Positions 50,518-60,822 of a stretch of DNA of 64,000 nucleotides are shown here, piece after piece. The position numbers were made by a program, and so were the translations under genes. The notes beneath the pieces were generated by a model. The model was not told where the DNA came from. It worked only from the letters and a program-made list of their open reading frames with translations, and made no database searches. How positions within the stretch are numbered: the stretch's first letter is position 1; the number at the start of each line of letters is the position of its first letter. The DNA comes from an uncultured Gammaproteobacteria bacterium (GTDB taxonomy: Bacteria; Patescibacteriota; Microgenomatia; UBA12405): assembly GCA_964538765.1 (NCBI GenBank), contig CAZIHS010000002.1:1327-65326 (forward strand), written 5' to 3'.

Positions 50518-51590
50518 AAAAACCAAAAAATATCGCCATTGATATTAGTCCACTTCAAGACTCCAACTCAAAAAGGGGAGTCGGCTTTTATACCCGACTA
50601 CTTATAGACTCTCTTCATACTGAAATTAAGTTAAATCCAGATTTTTCCCGATTTAAAATATCGCTGGTTACAAACAATATTTTTCCGGCCAAAACAAGTT
50701 TAATCCATTACCCGTTTTTCAATCCTTTCCAAAAAACATTACCGGCCAAAACATATTGCCCCACCATAGTTACAATTCACGACCTGATCCCAAGACAACT
50801 TAAAAAATATTATCCGGTTGGCCTAAAAGGAGAAATTAATTGGCTTTTCCAAAAACACCGCCTAAAAAACATTGACTATATTATCACCGATTCTCACACT
50901 TCTAAATATGAAATTCATCGCCACACCGGCTATCCTCTGGACCGCATGTATGTTATCTATCTGGCCGCGGCCGACTACATTAAACCCGTAAAAAACACGG
51001 CGATTCTAAAAAAAATACAAAAAAAGTATCACCTTCCCGATAAATTTGTACTCTACGTTGGCGATATTAATTACAATAAAAATATCCCCCTGCTGGTTAA
51101 CACCTGTCTCGATCTCAAGTATCCTTTAGTAATTATCGGTGACTCAGCCAAAAGTCAAGATGTTCCCACGCACCCCTGGACCAAAGACCTCCTCTGGCTT
51201 CAGTCCAAAGCCAAAACTACCCCTGCCAGCCAGCTGATTTTAACCGGTTTTGTTCCAGACTCTGAAATATCGGCCATCTATTCGCTTGCCACTATCTATT
51301 GCCAACCGTCTTTTGCTGAGGGTTTTGGGCTTCCTTTAGTTGAAGCCATGCAGGCCGGCTGTCCAACCGTTTACAGCTCGGAATCGTGTTTAGAAGAAAT
51401 TAGCCAAAATTCAGGCATATCGTTTTCGCCCTACTCTGCCCAAGAGCTATCGTTAGCTCTAAAACAAATTTGGACATCTCCACTTATAGCCAACAAACTA
51501 ATAAAACTTGGTCTTAAAAGAGCCAAATACTTCAGTTGGTCATTCACCGCCAAACAAACACTTTCTGTTTATCAACTCGCCCTACTATAA
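50496..51590 (+). CDS. GT4 glycosyltransferase (MtfB/WbaZ mannosyltransferase-like)
   Basis: RGVGFY, VTIHDLIP, YVG..NYNKN, PSFAEGFGLPLVEAM, FSW. Confidence 0.9.
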   Translation: MGTVQNIKKPKNIAIDISPLQDSNSKRGVGFYTRLLIDSLHTEIKLNPDFSRFKISLVTNNIFPAKTSLIHYPFFNPFQKTLPAKTYCPTIVTIHDLIPRQLKKYYPVGLKGEINWLFQKHRLKNIDYIITDSHTSKYEIHRHTGYPLDRMYVIYLAAADYIKPVKNTAILKKIQKKYHLPDKFVLYVGDINYNKNIPLLVNTCLDLKYPLVIIGDSAKSQDVPTHPWTKDLLWLQSKAKTTPASQLILTGFVPDSEISAIYSLATIYCQPSFAEGFGLPLVEAMQAGCPTVYSSESCLEEISQNSGISFSPYSAQELSLALKQIWTSPLIANKLIKLGLKRAKYFSWSFTAKQTLSVYQLALL

Positions 51591-52394
51591 ATGCCACCGA
51601 CAAAACATTTTTTATCGGTAATTATTCCTGTTTACAAACAGGAAAAAACAATTTCCAAAGATGTCGAAAACATCACCAGTACCTTAAACAACATTCGCTA
51701 TCCTTACGAAGTAATCGCGGTAGTTGATGGCACTTCAGCCGATAATTCCTACAATATTCTTAAAAAACTAAAACTGCCAAACCTAAAAGTATATGGCTAT
51801 CAAACAAACCATGGTAAAGGTTACGCCATCCGCTTTGGCATGGCCAAAACAAAAGGGGATTATATTGCCTTTATTGACTCGGGGATGGAAATAGACCCAA
51901 ATGGCATTTCGCTTTTAATAGAACACCTGGAATGGTATCAGGCCGATATAATTGTCGGTTCAAAACACCATCCCGCCTCAAAGGTTCACTACCCTTTTTT
52001 CCGTCAGCTACTTAGCTATATCTCCTGGCTCTACTCAAAGATATTTCTCGGAATAAACGTTAGAGACACCCAGGCGGGACTAAAACTTTTTCGGCGGCCG
52101 GTTTTAGTCACCATCCTGCCCAGGCTTCTAATCAAAAGTTTTGCCTTCGATATGGAAATATTATCTGTTGCTTCTCGGCTTGGTTATAATCGAATTTACG
52201 AGGCACCGATAAAACTTACCTACGTTTTCGAGGGTCTTCATCTCAACGGACGTTTTTACCACACATTGTTTAAAATAGGGCTAGATTCGCTGGCAATTTT
52301 TTATCGACTGCGTCTCCTGAAATACTATGACGACCGAAACCATCGTCGCTGGCGGTATGACCCCGAGCTTAGAATGAGAATAAACATTGGGTAA
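51591..52394 (+). CDS. GT2, DPM/DPG synthase-like
   Basis: SVIIPVY, NHGKGYA, DSGMEID, VGSK.H, DTQAGLK, FDMEIL. Confidence 0.85.
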   Translation: MPPTKHFLSVIIPVYKQEKTISKDVENITSTLNNIRYPYEVIAVVDGTSADNSYNILKKLKLPNLKVYGYQTNHGKGYAIRFGMAKTKGDYIAFIDSGMEIDPNGISLLIEHLEWYQADIIVGSKHHPASKVHYPFFRQLLSYISWLYSKIFLGINVRDTQAGLKLFRRPVLVTILPRLLIKSFAFDMEILSVASRLGYNRIYEAPIKLTYVFEGLHLNGRFYHTLFKIGLDSLAIFYRLRLLKYYDDRNHRRWRYDPELRMRINIG

Positions 52395-52398
52395 ACTT

Positions 52399-53412
52399 AT
52401 GAATAACCGCCTATTATTTTCTATAATTATTCCTGTTCGTATTGAAAACAGCTACCTTAAGGAAACCATTAAACACCTAAACAACCAAAGTGAAAAAAGC
52501 TTTGAGTTATTGGTAATAACCGATAAGCTGGCGTCTTTATTATCACTCAGTTCAAAATATAATATAGGACCATCGGCCAAACGCAACCTTGGAGCTAAAA
52601 TCGCCAAAGGAAAATACCTGGCCTTTATCGACGACGACTCCTACCCAAACCAGAATTGGTTAAAAAACGCCCTTATCCACCTAAACTCAGCCGCCGATAT
52701 TTCAGCAGTGTGTGGACCATCTCTCACCCCACCCTCCGACAATGTCTATCAACAGGCCTCTGGCCTCGTCTGGTCGTCCTGGTTTGGAGCAGGTGGCGCC
52801 GGGATATATCGAAATCGTATTAGCAAACCACGTTTTGTTGATGATTTTCCCTCAGTAAACTTAATTGTAAACAAGGCCGATTTCGACAAAATCGGTGGTT
52901 TCAACGAAAAATATTGGCCAGGTGAAGACACCCTTCTTTGTTTATCCATAGTTAACAGTTTAAATAAAAAAATCTATTATCATCCCTCAATCGTTGTATA
53001 CCATCATCGCCGCCAGGTCATTATTCCCCATCTTCAGCAAATCCGCCGCTACGCTATTCATCGCGGTTATTTTGCTAAAAAATACCCAAAAAACAGCCTG
53101 AAAATAGGGTATATAACTCCCTCAATATTTGTTATCTACCTGCTTCTAATCCTACCTATTTTATATCTTTTTCCCGCATTTCGCCTCCCAATTTTAATGC
53201 CCCTTGCAACCTACATAATTATACTGATATCCAACTTTGTCTACTCACTGCACCAGAATCGTAATCTGCCTTTATCTATCTATTTTGTGATCTCACTTCC
53301 GCTTACTCATATTTACTATGGAATCTTTTTTCCACTGGGTTACTTCAGTTCCGACCTGTCTTTAAAACTTCACAAAGTTAACACTAAAACCGGAAACTAT
53401 CTTGGCGGTTGA
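52399..53412 (+). CDS. GT2 glycosyltransferase with C-terminal TM helices
   Basis: SIIIP, KRNLG, FIDDD, GGF...PGED, C-terminal TMs. Start could be TTG 52387. Confidence 0.85.
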   Translation: MNNRLLFSIIIPVRIENSYLKETIKHLNNQSEKSFELLVITDKLASLLSLSSKYNIGPSAKRNLGAKIAKGKYLAFIDDDSYPNQNWLKNALIHLNSAADISAVCGPSLTPPSDNVYQQASGLVWSSWFGAGGAGIYRNRISKPRFVDDFPSVNLIVNKADFDKIGGFNEKYWPGEDTLLCLSIVNSLNKKIYYHPSIVVYHHRRQVIIPHLQQIRRYAIHRGYFAKKYPKNSLKIGYITPSIFVIYLLLILPILYLFPAFRLPILMPLATYIIILISNFVYSLHQNRNLPLSIYFVISLPLTHIYYGIFFPLGYFSSDLSLKLHKVNTKTGNYLGG

Positions 53413-53448
53413 TTTTTATACTCCTACTATATTAGTATTAGTTATCAG

Positions 53449-54981
53449 ATGAGCAAAACAAAACCCACAATTTCCATTTCCTATCCTCCACTTTCAAATC
53501 AAAAAGGCCAGCCTTTTCTATCCCAAAATCGGCAGTTTCAATGGACCAACACTGGAAATGTAATTTACCCCGTTATTCCCGCCTACGGCGCCTCACTGTT
53601 AAAACAATCCGGCTACCAGGTGTTTTGGGACGATGCAATCTCAGAAAAAATTTCCTACTCCGATTGGCTGTCCCGTCTTAAAGACCGTAAACCAGAAGTA
53701 ATTTTTTTTGAAGCCAAAACTCCCACCATCAAAACACATTGGAAAATAATAAATGAAATAAAGGATCTAAACTTGACATCATGGAAACCCGTCATTGTGT
53801 TAATGGGAGATCACGTTACCGCTCTTCCGGCCGAATCCTTAAAACAATCAAAAGTTGATTTTGTCATAACCGGAGGAGATTACGATTTTATGATGCACAA
53901 CCTGGTTTCACATCTCTTCCTTTCCCAAAAACTTGAACCGGGTTTTTACTATAAAAGTAAAAGTCAAAACGGCAAGCACAAGATCGTCAATACCGGCCCT
54001 TTTGCCCTCAAACATCACCAACTTGACAGTCTTCCGTTTATCGACCGGAAACTGACCCGATGGGAATTATACGCCTACGACAATACAAACTATAAATACA
54101 CGCCAGGAACATATTTAATGTCGGGGCGGGATTGCTGGTGGGGAAAGTGTACTTTTTGCTCATGGACCACCACCCACCCGGCAGGGACATTCCGCTTTTT
54201 CTCCCCAAAAAGACTTCTGGATGAAATTGACAAAATATCCGCCGAATACGGAGTCAAAGAAATTTTCGATGATGCCGGAACACTTCCGATAGGTCCATGG
54301 CTTTCTCAATTCTGCCAGGGACTCATAAGCCGGGGTCTGAACAAAAAACTACGCTATGGATGCAACATGCGTTTTTCGGCGTTAAACCAATCACAATATT
54401 ACCAAATGGGCCAGGCTGGCTTCCGGTTTATTCTCTATGGTCTTGAGTCAAATAACCAAAGTACATTAGACAAAATCAAAAAAAACACCAAAGTAGAAGA
54501 GGCAAGAAAAACATTAATAATGGCAAAAAAGGCCAATTTAGAGCCGCACCTGACTATTATGATTGGCTACCCCTGGGAAACCATAAATGACGCCACCAAC
54601 ACTTTAAACGAGGCTCGCCGGCTATTTCTTGATGGTTTGGCCGACACCATGCAAGCCACCCGGATAATTCCTTATCCCGGCACGCCGCTATTCGAACAAT
54701 GCCGAAAAAACGGTTGGCTTCTTACCGAAAACTGGGATGATTACGATATGCGCCAGCCAGTAATGAAGTCACCCATCAGTCACCTGGATCAAGAAAAGCT
54801 CATCCAGGATTTATTCAAAGGGATACTAACCCCAAAGTTTATTTATCGAAAAATATCAACCATCAGGAATCTAGACGACATAGTTTTCCTTTCCCGCTAC
54901 GCCATCAAATACCTTAAAAAGTTATCAGACTTCAGCATTAACAATGCCAAATCTCAAATCAAAACTCCAAAACTTCAATAA
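53449..54981 (+). CDS. Radical SAM protein with B12-binding-like N-terminus (HpnJ-like architecture)
   Basis: GRDCWWGKCTFC, FDD, GLES, IGYPWET, PYPGTPLF. Confidence 0.85.
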   Translation: MSKTKPTISISYPPLSNQKGQPFLSQNRQFQWTNTGNVIYPVIPAYGASLLKQSGYQVFWDDAISEKISYSDWLSRLKDRKPEVIFFEAKTPTIKTHWKIINEIKDLNLTSWKPVIVLMGDHVTALPAESLKQSKVDFVITGGDYDFMMHNLVSHLFLSQKLEPGFYYKSKSQNGKHKIVNTGPFALKHHQLDSLPFIDRKLTRWELYAYDNTNYKYTPGTYLMSGRDCWWGKCTFCSWTTTHPAGTFRFFSPKRLLDEIDKISAEYGVKEIFDDAGTLPIGPWLSQFCQGLISRGLNKKLRYGCNMRFSALNQSQYYQMGQAGFRFILYGLESNNQSTLDKIKKNTKVEEARKTLIMAKKANLEPHLTIMIGYPWETINDATNTLNEARRLFLDGLADTMQATRIIPYPGTPLFEQCRKNGWLLTENWDDYDMRQPVMKSPISHLDQEKLIQDLFKGILTPKFIYRKISTIRNLDDIVFLSRYAIKYLKKLSDFSINNAKSQIKTPKLQ

Positions 54982-55615
54982 CTACCGATATGGCTACCAA
55001 AACACTGCCATAAACAACCGTCTTGCTATCATAAAAGACCTTATCGATCCAAACGGTTACCTTCTTGATTTAGGTTGCGGCCGCGGTCACTTCCTAAAAT
55101 ACCTTGGACCCCAATATCGCTCGTTAGGCTATGACATTTCGACAACATCCATCAAACATTGCCTTTCTAAAAAAATAAATGCCAAGGTTGTTAACCTTGA
55201 AGAATCTTTTCCCGACAGCGCTAACACCTTTGATACCATCGTAGCAGGAGAAATTATTGAACACATTTTTGATACAGATAGTTTTCTCTCAGAAATTAAA
55301 AGAGTTCTAAAACCAAACGGTTCATTAATTCTATCTACCCCAAACCTGGCCTCTTTAGGCCGCCGACTACTTCTTATGATTGGCCGTAACCCATTGATTG
55401 AAGATAGTCTTGGTCCTCAAAATGCCGGCCACGTCCGATATTTCACCTTTCCACTCTTAAAACAGCTTCTAACCCGTCATGGTTTTGAAATTGAAATACA
55501 CAAAACCGACCAGATCAACTTTGATAACCAAGGCCGGCACTTTTCTACCTTCCTTTCTAATCTTTTTCCAAAATTAGGAGCCTCAATTATTCTAAAATGC
55601 AAAAACACAAAGTAA
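54944..55615 (+). CDS. Class I SAM-dependent methyltransferase
   Basis: LLDLGCGRG, FDTI, IIEHI, RVLKPNG..ILSTPN, HVRYFT. Confidence 0.88.
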   Translation: MPNLKSKLQNFNNYRYGYQNTAINNRLAIIKDLIDPNGYLLDLGCGRGHFLKYLGPQYRSLGYDISTTSIKHCLSKKINAKVVNLEESFPDSANTFDTIVAGEIIEHIFDTDSFLSEIKRVLKPNGSLILSTPNLASLGRRLLLMIGRNPLIEDSLGPQNAGHVRYFTFPLLKQLLTRHGFEIEIHKTDQINFDNQGRHFSTFLSNLFPKLGASIILKCKNTK

Positions 55616-56613
55616 ATACGGTTTCCTTCTGCATTCCAACATATAACGCCGGCAAAGTTTTGGAACCGTGCCTTAATTCTATTCGTTCGCAAAAATATGA
55701 TCAATCAAAAATTGAAATAATAATAATAGACGCGGGTTCAACCGATAATACTCTGAATATTGCGCACCAATTTAACGCCCTCATATTTTCAAATCCTCTA
55801 AAAACCGGGGAAGCTGGTAAATCAATCGGCATCTCAAAAGCTAAGGGTGAATATATTGCTCTAATAGACTCAGACAACATACTTCCACACCGGTTATGGT
55901 TGCGAAGTATGATCAGACCCTTAATCAATGGCTCTAAAATAGTTGGAAGTGAACCAAAATATTTTACATATCGTCCAAAAGCCGGCTTCATTGAGCGTTA
56001 CTCGTCACTGCTTGGAGCCAACGATCCATACGCCTTCTTTTGCGGGCTATATGACCGGTATTCATATTTAACCAAACGCTGGACAAACCTGCCGCTAAAC
56101 ATAAAAGTTAAAAATAAATATTCCCAAATCTTAATTAAACCCGGCCAATCCATACCAACTATCGGGGCAAATGGAACTATATTTAGAAGCCGGTTTTTAA
56201 AAAAATACCACCAAGGAAGCTATTACTTCGACATCGATATCATCAACCGCGCCCTAACTCAACTTTCAAAGCCAATCTACTTTTCCAAAACAAACCAGTC
56301 AATTATCCACACCTATTGCGAAAACTCAATTGCCAAATTTTATATCAAGCAAACACGACGGGTTAATGACTATTTATTTTACCTTCCTCTAAGATCATTT
56401 GACTGGAAAAAAGCCAACTCCATTTCAATGTATATTTTCCCTCTCTATTCAATTAGCCTCATATTCCCGCTCTACCACTCTATAAAAGGATATCTTTCAA
56501 AACCCGATTTGGCCTGGTTTTTTCACCCAATAGCTTGTTTAATTACCTCCTTCGTCTATATTAAAGGCTACCTGTTTCGTCATCCCACTGACAGGTCAAC
56601 ATGGCATCAATAA
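55597..56613 (+). CDS. GT2 glycosyltransferase
   Basis: IPTYN, DAGSTD, IDSDN, GANG. Confidence 0.85.
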   Translation: MQKHKVNTVSFCIPTYNAGKVLEPCLNSIRSQKYDQSKIEIIIIDAGSTDNTLNIAHQFNALIFSNPLKTGEAGKSIGISKAKGEYIALIDSDNILPHRLWLRSMIRPLINGSKIVGSEPKYFTYRPKAGFIERYSSLLGANDPYAFFCGLYDRYSYLTKRWTNLPLNIKVKNKYSQILIKPGQSIPTIGANGTIFRSRFLKKYHQGSYYFDIDIINRALTQLSKPIYFSKTNQSIIHTYCENSIAKFYIKQTRRVNDYLFYLPLRSFDWKKANSISMYIFPLYSISLIFPLYHSIKGYLSKPDLAWFFHPIACLITSFVYIKGYLFRHPTDRSTWHQ

Positions 56614-57608
56614 AAAATAAAACCAACGTCAGCATTCTTATTCCAACCTATAACGGCGCGGCCTTCATAAAAAATACTCTTCAATCAATTTTCAATCAAA
56701 CATATCCTCACTATGAAATAATAATTTGTGACGATGCCTCAACCGACGAAACAATAAAAATAATAGAAAGCATATCCAATCCGAAAATAAGAGTTTATCG
56801 TCACAGCACAAATCTTGGATATCCCGGTAATCTCGAACGGGGTCGTCAATATTGCCGTTTACCATATCTTTACTTAGTCGGCCAGGACGATATACTCTCC
56901 CGAAACGCCCTCGAGTTAACCATCAAAGCTTTTTTCGAAAACCCAGAAATTGGAGCTGCTTCCAGACACTACTATTGGTTCCATAAAAACCCCGAAAAGC
57001 CTGTCCGCGCCAAGAAAAAACTTAACAGCCAAATCACTGTAATCTCAACTAAAAGTAATAAACAAAATATTATTAGACTTTTTGACAGTCTCGACCAGCT
57101 TACCGGTCTTTGTTACAAAAGAGACTATATTAGAATTCCATTCCACCCCGACATCTTTCCCTGTCACATCTATCCTTTCGCCGATATTTTTATTAATCAC
57201 CCGGTAGCTTTCCTGCCAAATTACACCGTCGCTGTCAGAATCGCCAGTAGTCAAACCCGCCAGCTTTCCTCCATATATAACAAGTCGCCAATATTAAGCT
57301 GGTGTCAGATGATAGATCATATTTTTTCTCTACCAAAATACAAAAATATAAAAAATTACCTTGTAAAAGACTTTATCGCTACAAATTATGTTGGCCTAAT
57401 TCAAATACGCAACTACTCAACCTATAAAAATCTTTTCAGAGAAATATATTATCTGTTGCGTTTTCGCTGGCAAAATATAGTTTCTCCAGGGTTTTGGCTA
57501 TTTTCCTTGGGATCGGCAATTCTGCCTCCAAGTGTCCTGATACCACTTGTCGATTGGTATAAAGAAAATATCTACAGCCAAACCATCACCAACATCAAGC
57601 TTGACTAA
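56601..57608 (+). CDS. GT2 glycosyltransferase
   Basis: SILIPTYN, DDASTDET, NLG..GN, GQDD. Confidence 0.85.
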   Translation: MASIKNKTNVSILIPTYNGAAFIKNTLQSIFNQTYPHYEIIICDDASTDETIKIIESISNPKIRVYRHSTNLGYPGNLERGRQYCRLPYLYLVGQDDILSRNALELTIKAFFENPEIGAASRHYYWFHKNPEKPVRAKKKLNSQITVISTKSNKQNIIRLFDSLDQLTGLCYKRDYIRIPFHPDIFPCHIYPFADIFINHPVAFLPNYTVAVRIASSQTRQLSSIYNKSPILSWCQMIDHIFSLPKYKNIKNYLVKDFIATNYVGLIQIRNYSTYKNLFREIYYLLRFRWQNIVSPGFWLFSLGSAILPPSVLIPLVDWYKENIYSQTITNIKLD

Positions 57609-57640
57609 CAACAATATATGAATATTACACACTCTTAAGA

Positions 57641-57646
57641 TAAAAT
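57641..57646 (+). promoter_or_regulatory. -10 box TAAAAT, leaderless-type
   Basis: Ends 6 nt before ATG 57653. Confidence 0.55.
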
Positions 57647-57652
57647 ACCTAA

Positions 57653-59311
57653 ATGATAGTACTAGGTCTAACTGCTCCAATTTCATGGAACCCCGCTGCC
57701 GCCATATTCAAAGATCAAAAACTTTTGGCTGCGGTTGAAGAGGAGCGGTTTCTTGGCTTGAAACATGCCCCTCGCCTCCTGCCTCTTAAATCAATTGATT
57801 ATTGTCTTATATCAAGCAAAATTAATGCCCAAGATGTCGACGCAATCGTTTTTGGCTATCGTCAACCGCTTGACTACTATCTTCGTTCACTAATTGAAAA
57901 TTTTAAATATAAAGACCTCAAAAGAGCCGCTCGGGAAGCGGGGGCTTTTGCTGAATACTATGTTGGGTTAATCCGCCTTTACGATTGGCTGAAAATTAGA
58001 GGATTCAAGCTGGAAGGCGATAATCCTGTCAAAATTAAATTTTACCCCCATCACCTGGCTCATGCCGCCTCAGCCTTTCGATGCTCTGGCTTCAAATCGG
58101 CCAATACTATCACCCTTGATGGTCAGGGAGAAGATGATTCGGGGTCAGTATGGTACTCCAGCAACCGTAATCTAAAACTTCTAACTAAAATATCAAGCCA
58201 TCAAAGCCTAGGCTGGCTATATAGCGACACCACCGACATTCTCGGGTTCAAAGTTCACAGTCACGAAGGAAAAACTATGGGTTTATCCGCCTGGGGGAAA
58301 AAAAACCTTAAATTGGGCGATTTATTTTCGATTACACCCCAAGGGTATGTTTTAAAACACAACTGGAACAACAAACTATGGCAGCGTTTTGGTCCAAGAC
58401 GTGACAAAAACACTCCACTGTCCAACACCAACCGAAATTTAGCCCTGACAATTCAAACTTTTACCCAGGAGGCCGGCGTTTCTCTGGCCAAAAATGTCTT
58501 TTCCAAAACCAGGAACGGAAACTTTTGCCTTTCCGGTGGAGTGGCCTTAAATTGCGATATGAACTCTCACATATGGCTCCAGGATTTTATTGAAAATATC
58601 TACATTCAACCTGCCTCAAACGATGCCGGAACGGCCATAGGTGCCGCGCTGGAGTTTTTAAACGAGTCTGGATTAAACTCCGACTTTACAATGGATCACC
58701 CCTATTGGGGCCCAGAATATCAAAATGACGAAATTGAAAACTACTTAAAAGAATCAAAGATAAACTATCAAAAAGTCAGAGATATAGAAAAGGTAGTTTC
58801 TAAAAAATTGTCTCAGGGAAAAATTGTTGGCTGGTTTCAAGGCAGATTAGAAATTGGCCCCCGAGCTCTCGGCAACCGTTCAATTCTTGGCCATCCAGGA
58901 CTAAAAGGCATGAAAGACAAAATTAACCGTGAAGTAAAACACCGGGAAACATGGAGACCGTTTGCCCCGTCAGTACTGCACGAAGCTGGCCCTGATTACT
59001 TCCAAAAATACTGTTTCCATCCATTTATGGTTCTTGGTTTTAATACAAACAAAAAAGCCCAAAAAGATCTTTCACAGGCCATTCACATCGACAACACTGC
59101 ACGCATTCAAAGCGTCACTTCCGCTACCAACCCGAGGTACTATCGTTTAATTAAAAACTTTGCCTCAATCACTGGCATTCCTGCCCTTCTAAACACCTCT
59201 TTCAACGATGCCGAACAACCCCTCGTTCTTTCACCCAAAGAAGCAATCAAAACTTATTTTGGCACCGGGCTTGATTTATTAGCCATCGGCGATTTTATTT
59301 TGGAAAAATAA
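57653..59311 (+). CDS. NodU/CmcH family O-carbamoyltransferase
   Basis: AVEEERF..KH, HHLAHAASAF, DGQGE, EGKTMGL, SGGVALNC, GPRALGNRS, KHRE.WRPFAP, LNTSFN. Confidence 0.95.
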   Translation: MIVLGLTAPISWNPAAAIFKDQKLLAAVEEERFLGLKHAPRLLPLKSIDYCLISSKINAQDVDAIVFGYRQPLDYYLRSLIENFKYKDLKRAAREAGAFAEYYVGLIRLYDWLKIRGFKLEGDNPVKIKFYPHHLAHAASAFRCSGFKSANTITLDGQGEDDSGSVWYSSNRNLKLLTKISSHQSLGWLYSDTTDILGFKVHSHEGKTMGLSAWGKKNLKLGDLFSITPQGYVLKHNWNNKLWQRFGPRRDKNTPLSNTNRNLALTIQTFTQEAGVSLAKNVFSKTRNGNFCLSGGVALNCDMNSHIWLQDFIENIYIQPASNDAGTAIGAALEFLNESGLNSDFTMDHPYWGPEYQNDEIENYLKESKINYQKVRDIEKVVSKKLSQGKIVGWFQGRLEIGPRALGNRSILGHPGLKGMKDKINREVKHRETWRPFAPSVLHEAGPDYFQKYCFHPFMVLGFNTNKKAQKDLSQAIHIDNTARIQSVTSATNPRYYRLIKNFASITGIPALLNTSFNDAEQPLVLSPKEAIKTYFGTGLDLLAIGDFILEK

Positions 59312-60822
59312 TGAAAATTGTTTTTGTCGGTATTGCTGTCGAAAGCCTCGCCATTGAATTTCTAAGCAGCTATCTAAAAGAACGTGGGCATGACGTTCAT
59401 CTGGTTTTTGACCCAAACAGTTTCTCTACCGAAGTTATAAATCAGCCGCTTTTAGCCAAATTTTTCGATACCAAAAACCCGATTGTCAATCAAATCAAAA
59501 AAATAAACCCAGACCTGATCGGATTTTCTGTTTTTACCCTAAACTATCAACGATCACTCACCCTTTCCCGGCTTATCAAAAGTCAACTACCCGACATTCC
59601 GATTATTTTTGGAGGAATCCATCCAACATCTGTCCCTGAAATAGTCATAAAAGAACCATCGGTAGATATGGTTTGTATTGGCGAGGGAGAAGAAGCCCTG
59701 GACGAATTACTTCAAAACCCCGAAAAAACCGGTATAAAAAATATCTGGTTTAAAAAAAATAACAAAATAATTAAAAATCCCTGTCGGCCATTAATCAAAA
59801 ATCTTGACACCCTGCCCTTTCCCGACAAAGACTTATACTGGAAAATCTACAAAGGGTTTTTCCGGGATTATTACACCATCAGCAGCCGGGGCTGTCCTTT
59901 CGCCTGCACTTATTGTGCAAATAATGTTATCCGCCGTATCTATCAAGGTCTAGGTCCACCCATCCGCCGTCGAAGCCCAGAAAACATTGTCGAGGAGCTG
60001 TCTCTTGCCAAAAAAAAATATCACCTAAAGCTAGTAACTTTTGTTGATGACGTATTCGTTCAGGATTTGGGGTGGTTAAAAGAATTTGCCAAGTTATACA
60101 AAAAAAACGTCAACCTTCCCTATGCCATGCTAACCCACCCAAAATTTATAAACAAGGAAATAGCCAAAACTCTGGTTAAATCAGGTTGCTATTTCCTGCT
60201 TTTTGGAATCCAATCAGCCTCGGAAAAAATTCGCACTTCAGTTTTAGAGCGATTTGAAACTAACGCCGAAATTGAAAATGCCGCCAAAAGCTGTCACCAG
60301 GCCGGCCTGCGTTTTTCAATCGACCACATCTTCAATATCCCCGGTGAAACAGTTACCGAGTATGTTCAGGCCATGAGATTTTACAATAAGCTTCGGCCCT
60401 CGGTTATCAATGCCTATTGGCTTCAATATTTTCCAAAAACTAAAATTATCGATCACGCTCTAAAGCTAGGAATTCTTACTCGAGAGGATGTTTTAAAAAT
60501 TGAAAATGGTCAGGCCTCTTCTTCTTTAGTTCTCGGCTTTGGCAACAAAGACAGCGTCAACCCCAATCAGATATATTCACACATCCAACTATTTTTTATG
60601 ATTCTGCCATTTCTTTCACAAAACATTACCAATAAAATAATTAACACTCGCTTCTATTTAAAACCGGTCAAAATACCAATGATCATTGCAGTATCAATAA
60701 AATTCCTACTTATTTTTATTAACAAACGGGCCGAGGTATACATAGGCATCATCAGAAGTATTATCTATTTTTCCTTTTACAGTCTCTGGTCAAAATTAGT
60801 TTATGGAAAAAGCCAAACCTAA
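59311..60822 (+). CDS. Cobalamin-binding radical SAM protein (class B methyltransferase-like)
   Basis: PDLIGFS, GGIHPT, GEGE, SRGCPFACTYC, FVDD, PGET. Confidence 0.9.
   Translation: MKIVFVGIAVESLAIEFLSSYLKERGHDVHLVFDPNSFSTEVINQPLLAKFFDTKNPIVNQIKKINPDLIGFSVFTLNYQRSLTLSRLIKSQLPDIPIIFGGIHPTSVPEIVIKEPSVDMVCIGEGEEALDELLQNPEKTGIKNIWFKKNNKIIKNPCRPLIKNLDTLPFPDKDLYWKIYKGFFRDYYTISSRGCPFACTYCANNVIRRIYQGLGPPIRRRSPENIVEELSLAKKKYHLKLVTFVDDVFVQDLGWLKEFAKLYKKNVNLPYAMLTHPKFINKEIAKTLVKSGCYFLLFGIQSASEKIRTSVLERFETNAEIENAAKSCHQAGLRFSIDHIFNIPGETVTEYVQAMRFYNKLRPSVINAYWLQYFPKTKIIDHALKLGILTREDVLKIENGQASSSLVLGFGNKDSVNPNQIYSHIQLFFMILPFLSQNITNKIINTRFYLKPVKIPMIIAVSIKFLLIFINKRAEVYIGIIRSIIYFSFYSLWSKLVYGKSQT

Noticed and set aside
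53449-60822. BchE (bacteriochlorophyll cyclase) or hopanoid-pathway assignment for the radical SAM genes
   Set aside because: No photosynthesis or squalene-hopene cyclase context; the neighbours are glycosyltransferases.
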